A DNA stretch of 64,000 nt from Yuukianura sp. NJ FZ-2021. Taxonomy: Eukaryota. The stretch covers positions 2,976,001 through 3,040,000 of the forward strand of contig CM102284.1 of assembly GCA_046563655.1 (NCBI GenBank), in the 5' to 3' direction. The translations under genes were made by a program, and so were the position numbers. Position 1 is the first letter of the stretch, and the number at the start of each line of letters is the position of its first letter. Positions 42,530-54,974 of the stretch are shown here, piece after piece. The notes below the pieces were generated by a model. The model saw nothing but the letters and a program-made list of their open reading frames with translations. It was not told where the DNA came from and did not search any database.

Positions 42530-43678
42530 AATAAGTTGTGTTACACGTATTTTTTGATCGTTTCCAAATTTTGGGGGAATGAAATACCTTTTGAAAGAAA
42601 AATTTTGGTGAAAAAAAATTGACCCTAACGCAACCCGTTGCTGAGTTGTGAGAGGTCAAGGTCGCCATTTTGGAAATGTTCACCCGCGTGTATCTCCGAA
42701 GTTTCTTAACCGATTGAGGTCATCTTGGTGTCAAATGAAAGCCCTTAACTTGCTCCAGATGTTGATTTTTTCAAAAATTTGGTCAAGGGCCCATGGACCC
42801 TTATTTTTTTAAATAAAGGAACTTAGGGGTTTTCAACGTAGAATTTTAATCTTTTCGTTGTAATAACGTTGAAACAGCGAGACTTGACATAGTGGACCCT
42901 TAAGGGCCCCCTTATGACTTTAAGGGCCCCCTGAAATTTTACCCCATTTGCTCCCAAACAACGTTTAAACAAGTTTTTAGTGAAGCAGAAAAAATTTAAT
43001 GCCACTTTTTACTTCAAGGGCCCCCAAGGGACCCATTTATTTCTATCTAACAATGAACTGAAAATTCATGCTTCATATGGGTTCAATGTGATAAATATAA
43101 CTAGAAATTAATTACATTAACTTTTAGTATCTTCTGCTTTCAATTTTCAATTCATTGTTAGACAGAAATAAATGGGTCCCTTGGGGGCCCTTGAAGTAAA
43201 AAGTGGCATTAAATTTTTTCTGCTTCACTAAAAACTTGTTTAAACGTTGTTTGGGAGCAAATGGGGTAAAATTTCAGGGGGCCCTTAAAGTCATAAGGGG
43301 GCCCTTAAGGGTCCACTATGTCAAGTCTCGCTGTTTCAACGTTATTACAACGAAAAGATTAAAATTCTACGTTGAAAACCCCTAAGTTCCTTTATTTAAA
43401 AAAATAAGGGTCCATGGGCCCTTGACCAAATTTTTGAAAAAATCAACATCTGGAGCAAGTTAAGGGCTTTCATTTGACACCAAGATGACCTCAATCGGTT
43501 AAGAAACTTCGGAGATACACGCGGGTGAACATTTCCAAAATGGCGACCTTGACCTCTCACAACTCAGCAACGGGTTGCGTTAGGGTCAAATTTTTTTCAC
43601 CAAAATTTTTCTTTCAAAAGGTATTTCATTCCCCCAAAATTTGGAAACGATCAAAAAATACGTGTAACACAACTTATT
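42530..43678. mobile_element. ~1.15-kb foldback/palindromic element: ~535-bp near-identical inverted arms, ~75-bp spacer
   Basis: 42530-~43066 is the reverse complement of ~43142-43678. The ORF track shows mirrored peptides on opposite strands (identical MALNFFCF...; near-identical MNISKMAT...). Confidence 0.9.
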
Positions 43679-44390
43679 ATAATAGCGAAGCTATTATGAT
43701 AAAAGTGGTTTGTCTGTCTGTCTGTCTGTCCGTCTGTCTGTCTGTCCGTCTGTCTGTCTGTCTGTCTGTCCAGATTAATTATCTCAGAAACTACTGGTCC
43801 GATTTGATTCCGGTTTTCACCAGTGACCATGTCATGACCCGGGCTTGGTCACTATTGAATATGACCCCCGGGTGTCAACTCCTTCCGGGTCAAAGGTCAA
43901 GGTCAACCGGTTTCATCCCCGGTAACTCGGAAAATGACCTCTACAAAAGTTGTTCATCTCATCGAGGGGAACAACTTTTGTGTGTAATGTGTGACCCTAG
44001 GTCACCTCCTTCCGGGTCAAAATTGATTTCAAAGGTCATTTGTTTGTAATGCAAGTGTGGGTGCAAACAACTCTGCTTGTGAGACTGGAAAGGAAATTGG
44101 CATGGGAGTTGGTTCTCTGCTTAGCAAAAAATCTATTACGCAGTTCACATATACACTTTACACACTCATGCACTGTGTCCACCGGGTGTCACCTGTCACT
44201 TGCCGGGTGTCACGTGTCACCTCTCAGTTGCCGGGTGTCACCTGTCACGTCTCACCTGTCACCTGTCACGCCTCAGCTGTCACGTCTCACCTGTCACCTG
44301 TCACGCCTCAGCTGTCACGTCTCACCTGTCAACACCCCCTTGATTGAATTTTTGAAACTAAGAAGGGGGGTTGGGGGTTTGTTTAAATAA
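43679..44390. mobile_element. Probable non-autonomous Helentron/DINE-1-like repeat with (TCTG)n microsatellite and GTCAC-rich minisatellite
   Basis: 5' hairpin aatagc-gaa-gctatt, then (tctg/tccg)n at ~43712-43771 followed by attatctcagaaactactgg. Tandem tgtcac units at ~44185-44332; ccccct...aggggg near the end. Confidence 0.5.
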
Positions 44391-45268
44391 TTCAAGCGCC
44401 ATCTATTTACTGTCCCAGGTTTTGGTATCCGTTTCCAAACAGTTTTACTCACTCGAATTTGAATTTGACAGATTGGTTTGTTTGTTTCTACGCGGTCACA
44501 GGAACATGAGGGGATTTGATGATCACTGCTTTTTTTGAATTTCCGTTAATTAAATTAGAATTAACTCAAGTACAAGTAAGTAAGGTATTTTAGAATTAAA
44601 TTACATTTAATAAAAATGTTTAAATGTTGTCATCGGAAATCGTAGAGTCAAAATTAGTTTTAGAATTGGATGTTGATGTATGTATCACAGAAAATGAATG
44701 GCAGGTCCAACTTCACACAGTAGAATATGTGGTACATATTTTTTTCCTACTAGTTATTCCCCAACATTTTGCAGCAGTGGTGGAAACGAACGAGTAGGTC
44801 ACATGAGAATTGTTTTGGTGGTTTCAGGTCATTTCCCACGCTCCTAGACAGAGTTACGCCAATTCTGACAGGAATGTCAGCTAGCATTTCAGAGCTTTAG
44901 TCACGCCATTTCAAAATGATAGAAACTTGGAAGCAAAAAGTCATTTGTGTAGACTAATCCCGTGGAAATGCGTAAATTCTGCTTCCTTGCGCTAACGTAT
45001 GCTGAGCTTACCATTACCATTGCTTCATGAGCAGAGATTTGGATATGTGCACACTGCCTGTTGTTTAACTTACTTCAACCGATGCGATGTAATGAGAGGA
45101 GAGACAGCTGATTGTATTTTGTCAACATTCAATGCAGTACTCCTACTCAGCAGTTTTGCTTTTCATCGGGGAAATCCCACTTTGAACTTGCGATATTGTA
45201 TCAAAATACACATTTATCGATCAACTAGGTCGGCTCGAACATCGTTTGTGTACGCGATATTTATTAAA

Positions 45269-47012
45269 ATGAACTCAAATGCAAGAGTTGCGAAACTATT
45301 ACTGGAGCTACTGAAGAGGAACAATTCTTGTGCCGACTGTGGGTCACTAGGTAATTTTTTGTTTGTAATTTGCCTAAATTTATGGTATTGGCTGGCTACG
45401 GTATAGCTGGCAACCAAGTTGTTTCAGAAGTAGCCGGAGTTTAGTGTGAACCTCACACTGTGACGTGAGCAGTCATCGTTCAGCGCTTTGCTTTCATCGG
45501 AGCGGAAGTTAATGTTGTCCTTCTCTAACCTAACCTAAGCTCCGGAAAGTGTTGGAAGAATGCGTTCTCACTCTCAGGGATTATATGCTTTCGGCGTTAG
45601 ATTAAAAAAATGTTTATTCGTTGTATTGGTTTAATTATTTCTAGATGTCACTCATGCCAGTTACAATATCGGCGTCTTCCTATGCAGCACTTGCGCTGCT
45701 ATACACAACACTATCGGGACGCACATTTCAAAAGTGAAGCATCTTAATCTTGACCATTGGGAAGAAAGTCAGGTGGAAAGATTAAAACAAGTAGGAAATG
45801 TCGTGGCGAAACAGCAGTACGAGCAAAAAGTGCCAAGCTGGTTTCCACGACCAAAAGAGTGAGTTTATTATTATTATTATTAACACTATATGCTTTTTAA
45901 CCTGGGATGTGGAATGAGTAAATGACCTTGTTTTAATACTCTCTCTGTCTACCTATTTGATCTCTAGGAACCTCCTGTTGCTGCAACATTGGATTTACTC
46001 CAAGTATGTGCGACTCGAATTCTCAAGCACGAATCCAACATACCTAAACGGTGTTCTGGATGGCTTTTTGATGAAGAAAATGCGAGAGGATGGACGATAT
46101 TTTCCACGTCGATTCATCCTAGAAAACTCCACAATTTGTTACTTTGTCGAAAACAAAACTCCAAAGGCCGTCGTGAAATTAACAGACGCAAACATAAGCC
46201 TTTGTCCGCCGAAGCTCGGGAAGGACTCGAGTCTGCAAATTGATCATTTGACAAACGGTAGCACAAGACATGTGTATGTGTACCATAATGACGGGAACGT
46301 GATCTGTGAGTGGTACTATGCATTCTTAGCCGGGAAAGCAGCAATTCAGGAGGCCAGTTTACATTTATTAAATCAATAGTCTTATGTTTAGTTATGTTAG
46401 TGCAAGACTTTTATTTTAATGTGTTTTCTATCTAATTACTATAGCAAAATGAGCCAATCGAAATTGAGGGTTACTTATGGAAGGCAGGCCCCTCTCCGAG
46501 TTATGCTCATCGGAAACGCTGGTTCACTTTAGCGGGTAATTTATTTAACTACGAATATTACGACTATACATGGATTGTAATTCCTTACGTAATTTTGACT
46601 GGAATAACATAGGAAGAAAATTAATGTATCACACCGACATTTTGGATGCCTATCCGAAAGGTGAGGTGTTCCTGGGCCGTGTTCCAGAATACAGAGTGTC
46701 TATGGGTGGTTTTGGAGATGACAAGGACAACAGACTGGCGTTCACTGTCAACACTCCTAGTAGGACATTCATTTTATCCACGGAGAATCGAGCAGAACGT
46801 GATCGCTGGATAGAGAAGTTGACACGGGTAGTCAACCGGGAAATGACTGCAAAAGATTTCCAGCGTACGTTAAACATTCGTAGTTACTGATAGTAACTTT
46901 TCGCTAATGTGCTAACCGTTGTGAATTGTTTGTCTCTATCATCTAATTTGTTGCAGTTTCTGAGATGCTGGTTCGAAAGAGAAATTCAAAGAAGATTTCC
47001 ATTTTGAAATAA
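45269..47012 (+). CDS. ADAP1: ArfGAP with dual PH domains (ADAP1/centaurin-alpha-like), multi-exon
   Basis: Zinc finger CADC...CSTC, HISKVK.L.LD.W, WIYSKY. PH1 GFLMKKMREDGRYFPRRFIL; PH2 GYLWKAGP...RKRWFTL...DAYPKGEVFLG...TPSRTFIL...RDRWIEKL. Confidence 0.88.
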
Positions 47013-47540
47013 AATCTAATCCCAATCCTCCAACCTGGAGAAGATGCCCGGTGATTGATACAAGCAGTTGCAGTCGGTGCTATGCTTAAGTAGCTTGCTG
47101 ACTTCGTTTAGATGACCTCGTTTCGTCGTTTCCTTTAATTTATTATTACTATTATTATGGGATGCAAGTACCGTCATACCTTACTAATCGTTGCATACTT
47201 AATACATTACACTACACCATTGTAAATCACAAAAAAAATACCTCTTTACTCAGCAATATTACAAAACTCTTATTATTAACTCAAAACTTAAGTTCTGGTT
47301 CAACAGTCCTCAACTTTTGCTTGGAAGGTACTAAAACCTACGTTTATACTGAACAGATCTATTAAAAAGTAAACCAAACAGTCGTTCAACACACATATTC
47401 AAGGCGGTGCTTTTCAATTTCTTCACCTCCGAGTCAGAGGCTCTGTTAAAGTCCATTGACTAAATTCCATTGACACTTTGTTTCTACTAAGATCAACTCA
47501 CTTTATTGGCACCAAAACAAATTATTCTCTTCCACGGAGT

Positions 47541-47719
47541 GGGAAATTCTAGATTGACATTTCAGAAAAAACATGAAGCTGATGAACTGCAAGATTTTGT
47601 TGAACTTTGGAGGCTTTGTATTGCGAAAAACTGAATTAAATAGGAATGTTTGATGTAATCGTTTCGCAGTTAATCAGAAAACAATGCATTACCGAGCACT
47701 TCTTCAATTTGGTATAAAA
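47541..47719 (+). promoter_or_regulatory. Diapausin promoter: kappaB-like site (GGGAAATTCT, 47541-47550) and TATA box (TATAAAA, 47713-47719)
   Basis: Motif matches at the expected distance upstream of the ATG. AATAAA lies downstream of the stop at 48176-48181. Confidence 0.5.
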
Positions 47720-47812
47720 CGACCAAATGTTTCAGTCAGACAACAAATCAGTACGAAAATTTGCTTTCCTTAACAAGAGAAAACGAATTGACGACCATAT
47801 TCAGTATCCAAC

Positions 47813-48114
47813 ATGGCTTCAAAACTCTTCGTTTTCTTGTTCGTCATGATCTGCGTTGCCGTTGTGCTTGTCGGTAAGTAAATTTAACCAAACGAAATGT
47901 AACACCGTAGTATGATCTTAAATCCTAAAAATCGTCAAGTTGTTTCTTAAATATACCAATGTTTCTCATGTCTGTAGCAATCGCTGATGCTGGTACGTAC
48001 AGTGGCCCATGCAGCGTTGACTGCGGCCGTAGAGATGAGGAAATCTCCCAATGCTGTCGAGCTCATGGTTATAACGGTGGACGCTGCCATGGTGATGCTG
48101 CCTTTTGCTGGTAG
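47813..48114 (+). CDS. Diapausin-family secreted cysteine-rich antifungal peptide, 2 exons (47813-47873, 47978-48114)
   Basis: MASKLFVFLFVMICVAVVLVAIADA-GTYSGPCSVDCGRRDEEISQCCRAHGYNGGRCHGDAAFCW*: signal peptide, six Cys and the diapausin hallmarks GPC and CCRAHG. Absent from the ORF track. Confidence 0.88.
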
Positions 48115-48811
48115 AATAGTCCACTACTATAAAATACGTATATATTTCGAAAGAAACTAATGAGTAATGATGTTAAATAAATCCGTGAAAAAAAAATCCT
48201 CACTCCGTCTCGGTTACGATTTTTAGCAACTCAGTTTCTACTTGCTATTATAGTTCTTGAAAAAAAATTCATAACAACCCTTTTGTTTGATGTTGTGAAG
48301 AGGAGAACTTTAGCGACTAATGTTTTACTCTCAATTGCAGCAGTCTCGAGTTCAACGTTCTACGACATGAAAACGTTTTTAGACTTTCAAATTTTTACTT
48401 TCCGCAAATCTAACAGTAAGTGAACGCTTAGTTCAAAAACATGTAGAGCGGGGTACTCTAAGGATAAAATAATTGTATATATAACCTAAGCAATAACATT
48501 TTTAAATTGGAATCGGAATTAGATGTATCGAATTCTGAAATAAAAAGACGGTGAAATCATTATTTTTTCTCCTTTAGGAAACAAAATACGGTGTTTAAGT
48601 TATAGAATGAAACGCTGATGAGTGTGTAGCATTTATGCAGATATTTAGTATTAAGGAAACGCTTCCTACCGCAAAATTGGCTACGAAGGCACCTTAAACT
48701 TAACCATTAAGACTATCCGTGTAATTAAGAAAGTCATTCCTGCTTTTTTCAATTACGCTTCTAGCCTTAAGTTTCCATGTGTTCTTTGATCTGTTAGAAA
48801 ATCCTATTTAA

Positions 48812-51800
48812 CTAGAATTCGAAACCTTCACTCTGCATAGCTCCGCTTGGATCAAATTGAAATCCACCCGAAGTTGAGTCCGGAAGTAAATTAGGATCTT
48901 CCTCTTGCTAAAAATTTCAAAAAAAAAACATGTAATAAATAATAAAAATGCTAATAACAATAACACCGAGGCGTCTTGTCTTCTCACCTCATCGGAAAAG
49001 TAATTTTCCAGGATGTCGTATGCAATTTTGTAGATGTCAATATTTTCATGGTTCTGGAGAGCTTCAATCTTGTCCAGGCCTTCGCACTCTTCAATCATGG
49101 TGCAGACTCGCTCCAACTCATCTCCCGTCGCCATTTTAAGGATATTATGTATTCCATCCAGTACAACTTGAATGACCTTAAACCAACAAAAATAATAAAT
49201 TAATCATTGATCAGTGATAAAACTTTTGCGGATAAATGCAAAAGTCGTTCTCTAGGTCAATAAAAACAACTTCCCTAAAAACAAGAACCGGTTTTGGGTA
49301 ACACAAATATTAGATGAACGGAGAGCGAGAATTGAGTAAATGGGCGAAACTCCGTACTCCGACCCATTAGTATCGCATAGTGAAGTCAGTATACGATAGG
49401 ATAAATAAAGATTACCTGAGAATCCTTGCAACTGAGTAGTTTGCAGAATGGTGCAATCACCCGAGCCCTTACAAGATATATTACTTGCTCCTTATTTCCG
49501 CTAATCGTCATATTGCTTACAGCCCAAGCAGCTTCCTTCTGTGTTTGAAATTCACCCTAAGAATAAAAGCAAACAAAGAATTCAAAATTCATCTTATACG
49601 TCAACTTATACACCTTAAATGATAGGTCTCTCCGTCATACACAGTAAGCCCGATTCATTTATTGTTAAACGTACCTTCTCTAAATGATTGATAATCAGAG
49701 GAATCAGACCGGCATCAATAACTGCCTGAACTTGAGCATGGTTCCCAGCCGTGACGTTGGATAAGAACCAAACCGCTTCCTGTAATGTTATAATTGTTGG
49801 TTATATATGAAGCAACACGTTGTCAGACGCCCGAACTAGCTTCGATTACTAAAGTTACATAAAAAACATAGAGTAGGTATATAGACGTCTATAACCTTGC
49901 AAATTTTCTCCTTGGGGTGGTTAAGAAGTCCATGGAAGTGGGATAGTGCGTCGCAATTCAAAACTGCTTGAGTCTGCTCATCAGTCCCAGTTACAATGTT
50001 TCCAACTGCTCGAACCGCTGCCGTCTGAACTTTCACTTCCCGATGAGACAGCAATGCAACCAGCTTAGGCAACACTCCACTGTCAATTACCATTTGGATT
50101 TGCTCGTTCCCTCCATCAGTCAAATAACTCAAAGCCCAAACTGTGTCCACCAGCACCTGAAATATTTATAATTAGTATTTTACAAAAATCCACCAGAATC
50201 CCTTAAAACTGCTCCGGAGACAACAATAACAGAGGTAACAGAGCTTACACTAGTGTCGTTATGGTGGACCAGAACGTTCAGCGCAGGTAAAATGTCCCTC
50301 AGAGTCTGAGCTGGTGGCGGAGGGTCTTTGTTACGACACAAGTTGACAATTACCCATGTCACATTCCGTAGAAACGTGATGGGTATCTCAGGTTGAATAA
50401 ACTTAAGAAGTGGAGTCACCATTCCCAAGTTGATCACAAAATCACGCAGTACGGGACCATCCCCAATTATATTCCCTGAGAAACAAAAACCGTATTAAAC
50501 TGACATCATCGAGTTACGTCATCATGAGAAAGAGAAAGATGGTAAGCACGCAGCCGACTTACCCAACGCCCATACAGCCTGTTCACAGACATTTTGATGT
50601 GGCGAACTCAGAAGTCTCAGGAAAAGAGGAACCGCTCCAGCTTGTACAACGGCATTTGTTTGTTGCGAAGAGCCAGATGCAATGTTTGTAAGCGCCCATG
50701 CTGCTTCAAACTGCAGCGCAGGACTAATGATCAAAAATTGGTGAACAACAGGTAAAGAAGCCTTCAAGTTTGAGTGAAGAAATAAACGACACGGGAGAAG
50801 GAATTGGACTACTTACTTTGTTGTTTCTTGGAGTAGATTAACTAAAACGGGTAAAATTCCGCACTCAATCAGTGGATCAATCGGAGGATTCCTATCCGAC
50901 GAAAGTAGTTTACGAACAGAAGTCACTGCTGGATATTGAATGGCTTCGTCTGGTGAGCTTGCCTGCTGGACTAAAAGGCTGAGGGTTGCTGGTGATATCT
51001 AAAAGGATGCAATGAATAACCAGTGTTAGTAATTAAAAGAACTCCATAGCCAATAAAATTCGAAACAATACTTGTTATGAATGACACGATGCACTTATAA
51101 CACGAGAATGTGGGTCGTGTCACATGACTCGTGTGTGTACAGTGCACATCTCATCTTATAAGATACGGAGTGTCACTTCATGCTCAAAGTTCAACTTCAG
51201 CCTGGACATAGCCATCAAAATAGTTTCTCAATCCAGCAGAAAAGAGAAAACCGATACCGAAAAGTAAGAAAAGAACGGGTTTAATTGCCAAATTCAACAA
51301 AAATCAGGAATTTTACGACGTGCCATTATTGAAATTCTGTCGAAGTTTGAAGAAATAAATTGAATATAATTGAAATGAGCAAGGTTGTGCAAGGTTGGGC
51401 CAAGATTGTTTGAATTACTAGTGGACAAGCATTAGCTGTAACTCAGAGTCTGAGTTAAAGATGTGTCACACATCATGTGTGGGACTTGGAAAAGCCTCGC
51501 CTAGCCTTTTAACACTCCGTCCAATCCTCACGAGATGAACTTCATCGCTGCTGATGGCATCTCGCTTCAGTTAACGTTGAGCGGGTTTTGGCAGTTTAAT
51601 TCTACTGTTGTACTAACCATTTTGTCCGAATCGTCTTCAGGCACGTCAACCACTGGTACATTTCTCCGTTTCAGCAACGTTTCGTCACGTTTGTTCTTGC
51701 GAAGTTCCACCGTAACCTCGTTCCTTCGTCGCCTCATTTCCTGTAAACGACGACACAAAGTTTTGAGTGAAACGCCAGCAATTATATTTATTATCTAACG

Positions 51801-52129
51801 AATGCCACACAGAAGCGGACTGGAGCAGCTTCCAAGGTGTGAAAATCTACAAATTAAGTAAGTCCCGCTCCCGAATCGCATGTCTAACACTAAACCCAGG
51901 CATGTTTGGTTAGTTTAGGAAACGTAGTAGTTTATAGTGGGAGTTTTTCGATGCATGAGAGGATGGGTAAGACTAATCTGCTAGAGGTGGGTCTCGGGCC
52001 TGAAGAAAATGTTAACTGGTTCCGCTTCCGGTTGTGAACAGTCAGAATAAATGAACTTACGTCTTGATCCTTCCCTTTATTCTTAAAGCATTCCATCCTA
52101 GACTTTCCATCCCCAGAAGCTCCAGACAT
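48812..52129 (-). CDS. Kap-alpha3: Importin subunit alpha-3/4 (karyopherin alpha 3), multi-exon
   Basis: IBB domain (FKNKGKD...[27 protein letters not shown]), ARM repeats ([52 protein letters not shown]) and a C-terminal GFQFD...GFEF*. Confidence 0.95.
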
Positions 52130-53526
52130 GTCGATTTCTGTTGGACCAAATTATTTCTCCTGATAAATGATCAACCGCTGTGTGAGATCTCCTTCAATCT
52201 GATGTCCAAATTTCGATTTTGCTTTCAAAAAAGAACAACAAGCGTTAACCTATCTTTTTACTAAATCGGTTTATACTTTCGTGCGTAGTTTCTGTTGGAG
52301 ATCTGAATCAGATAACTCACTCGTGCTTCCCAGTCCAAAGTCAGTAAATGTGCAATTGGAATCCAACACAAAAGTCACTCTGCAAAATTGAGGATAGAAT
52401 TTTCCCGACGAAGTGATCCCAAAGTTAAATTTCAAAAAAACTTTGCAAATTGCAGACAGGCAGAACACACTAGGCGTAAACTTTGAAATGGGCTCTACTA
52501 GTAGCATATAACAGGGATGGGATGGGATACCAAAAAGTTATTATAATTCCAGTGCAACGGAATAAGACATTCATCGGCATTTTCCTCCCCACTCGACCGT
52601 TCCTCTGGGTGTATACCTATACCCATTTGATAATTCTTCAAACTCTACTTATTTGCTATTTATATTCCGAGATTGGTCAAGGAGAAAATTTTTATGTAGT
52701 AATCTAAAGTTCTGCATGGTTCGGGGATCGGGGTGCCAGGTTAGAAATAATCGTACCGAACATTGTTTCTACCTCCCAAAAGTTAATACAGGTTCGGACT
52801 AGGAAGGGAAATTACAAAGCGCTGTTCGGTTGGCTTTGTAGCGTAATTTGGGAAAGTGCAGTTCCGGTCGGTTTGAGACAATGTTTATAGGCCAAGGGCA
52901 GTTCCAAAACTCGCCAACATATTTAAATATAAGGTCACCGGTATAAAACCTTTGAAAGACAAGTACAAGTACAGCTGCATATTGTTTTCAATTTTTATCT
53001 TACGATTGGCAATGTAGAAATAAATGTTAATCAGGGCTCTCCCGCTCCAGCATTCTTATACTTTCCTTGTAAAACATTTGCCGACCCTTGGTTAAGTGTG
53101 AGGAGGTATGGGAAAGTACGCAGAAAACCATAAGATCACATAACTGGAGTCTTTTCTCATCAGATGTCGTCACATGCAAGAAAGGACCCTTTGATATAAA
53201 TAAACGCTATGTACATGACATGGAGGGATATTAGTAGCAAAATCATTTGACATTTTCGCGAACATTTTACCAGAATAGTCTACCGTTACCGTACCCTCGT
53301 TTGCTAACAAGAAAAATCGGGTCTGACTATTACGCTGACCCTTTCTTTTCAAACGAGAAAAAAAGCGTCAGGGAAATAGTCAGATCCGATTCTTCTCGTT
53401 AGCAATGTCTAGTAGGATCTTATAGGACAATTGATTCCCAGCAGTTATGTCAATTTGGAACGCAAACTGCAGTATAATCACGGTATGAAAAAAGTGACTA
53501 AGAATTGTGATCCTTACCAAACATAA

Positions 53527-53626
53527 NNNNNNNNNNNNNNNNNNNNNNNNNNNNNNNNNNNNNNNNNNNNNNNNNNNNNNNNNNNNNNNNNNNNNNNNNN
53601 NNNNNNNNNNNNNNNNNNNNNNNNNN
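53527..53626. other. Assembly gap (100 N)
   Basis: Run of N. Confidence 1.
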
Positions 53627-54824
53627 AAAGCCGGTGTAATCCGAGTACTGTTCTCAGAGCTGTTGAACGGGAACAGTACCCCAAAGGAGGGCTTTCGTCT
53701 TCCCTGGTCCATATTCAGACTGTTGGAATTGGTATGCGTCAAATTGATTCCCGTATGCTTTCACTTCAGCATCTCCAATTTCTGGATCTATCCAACAATC
53801 GGATTACTTCGATTGAAAGTGTAAGTGTTAAAATCGTCTTCACCTTTACTGTTTCTATTTAGGTATAATTCTTTTCATTCTTCAATGTTATTACTTTAGC
53901 TCAAGTTACTAAATTCGCAACTGGCTCATTTGGTACTTGATGGGAATCCGCTCCAAACCATCTCCAAAGACTTGTTTTTGGCTCCAGGATTGTCTTCGCT
54001 GAGTTTTCTTTCCCTCAAGGATACTCAAGTAAGTACTTGACGAGTTTAAAAGTGAAATTATTATACCTTGTTCCCCATCATTTCTCTTCTATTGATTTTT
54101 GTAACCATTTAGCTGAAGGTCATTCCACGCTCCATTCTGAAATTGGAAAAACTGTTGAGACTGTACCTTAACCAAAATCAAATTCAAATTCTGCCTTACA
54201 ACATGAACTCATTGCTGCGTCTGAAGTAAGTGGAGCTTAAAAATTTATGTCTGCTTAACGAGTAATTTCTGGCTTGTTTCCCAGATATCTGGATCTTCAA
54301 GACAACTTGTTGTCATTCGTCCCATCTCCCATCTTGTTTCTCCGTTTATTGAAGCTAGATCTTTCCAAAAATCAATTTGTGCGACCTGGTCCAGCCCTGC
54401 TGGATGAGCCAGATCGTAGAGTTGGAACTGATCCGTTTCCTACTCTGTTGGAGTTGGCAGCCGAAGCCATTAAAACACACAACGCATTAATGTGAGTACG
54501 CAATAATAGGATTTAAGTTGTCTTCGAATTCGTTTTTACATAATAGGCTTTGATTTAATCAGGATTTTACGCAAAAGACATAACAAATTGATTTCGGCCA
54601 CCCCGACGGAAATTCCAGCCTGTTTGTATGACTTTCTGGAGGAGATGAAGCGCTGTTCAGGATGTGCTCGCATGGTGGGACGCTATGTGGTTCAAAATGC
54701 AGCAATTAACTTACGTGGAGTTGCCCAGGAGCTAACGGTAGATACAAATCCCGTCTTAGCAAAGAAAGTCACGTGCCTTCAATGTTTGGAAATTGGCGCT
54801 GCAATGCGCATGTTTTTCTACTAG
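53627..54824 (+). CDS. LRR1: Leucine-rich repeat protein 1 (LRR1/PPIL5-like CRL2 substrate receptor), 5' part missing at the gap
   Basis: QYPKGGLSSSLVHIQTVGIGMRQIDSRMLSLQHLQFLDLSNNRI, further LRR exons, BC-box-like FPTLLELAAEAI and a Cys-rich tail (IPACL..F....KRCSGC...TCLQC). Confidence 0.75.
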
Positions 54825-54974
54825 GTATAAGGTTCAGTTCTAACATTTTCAACTAGCATTATCTCGTGAATTATTTTTGTTAAGTAAACATTTTGTCAAT
54901 ACGGCATACAGTTTGAAGCGAGTCAAGAATTCCTAGCTAGCCTACGAATTCGCGGTGAAGCGACTTTTGAACCT

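Noticed and set aside
42396-44390. Mirrored ORFs (MALNFF..., MNISKM...) and CLSV/SPVT-repeat ORFs as genes
   Set aside because: By-products of the palindrome and simple repeats; no protein-like features.
52290-52510. Possible 5' exon of LRR1 (TRASQSKVSKCAIG...)
   Set aside because: Only faint resemblance, no ATG, an upstream in-frame stop and an apparent frameshift. It cannot be supported, and the gap obscures the region.
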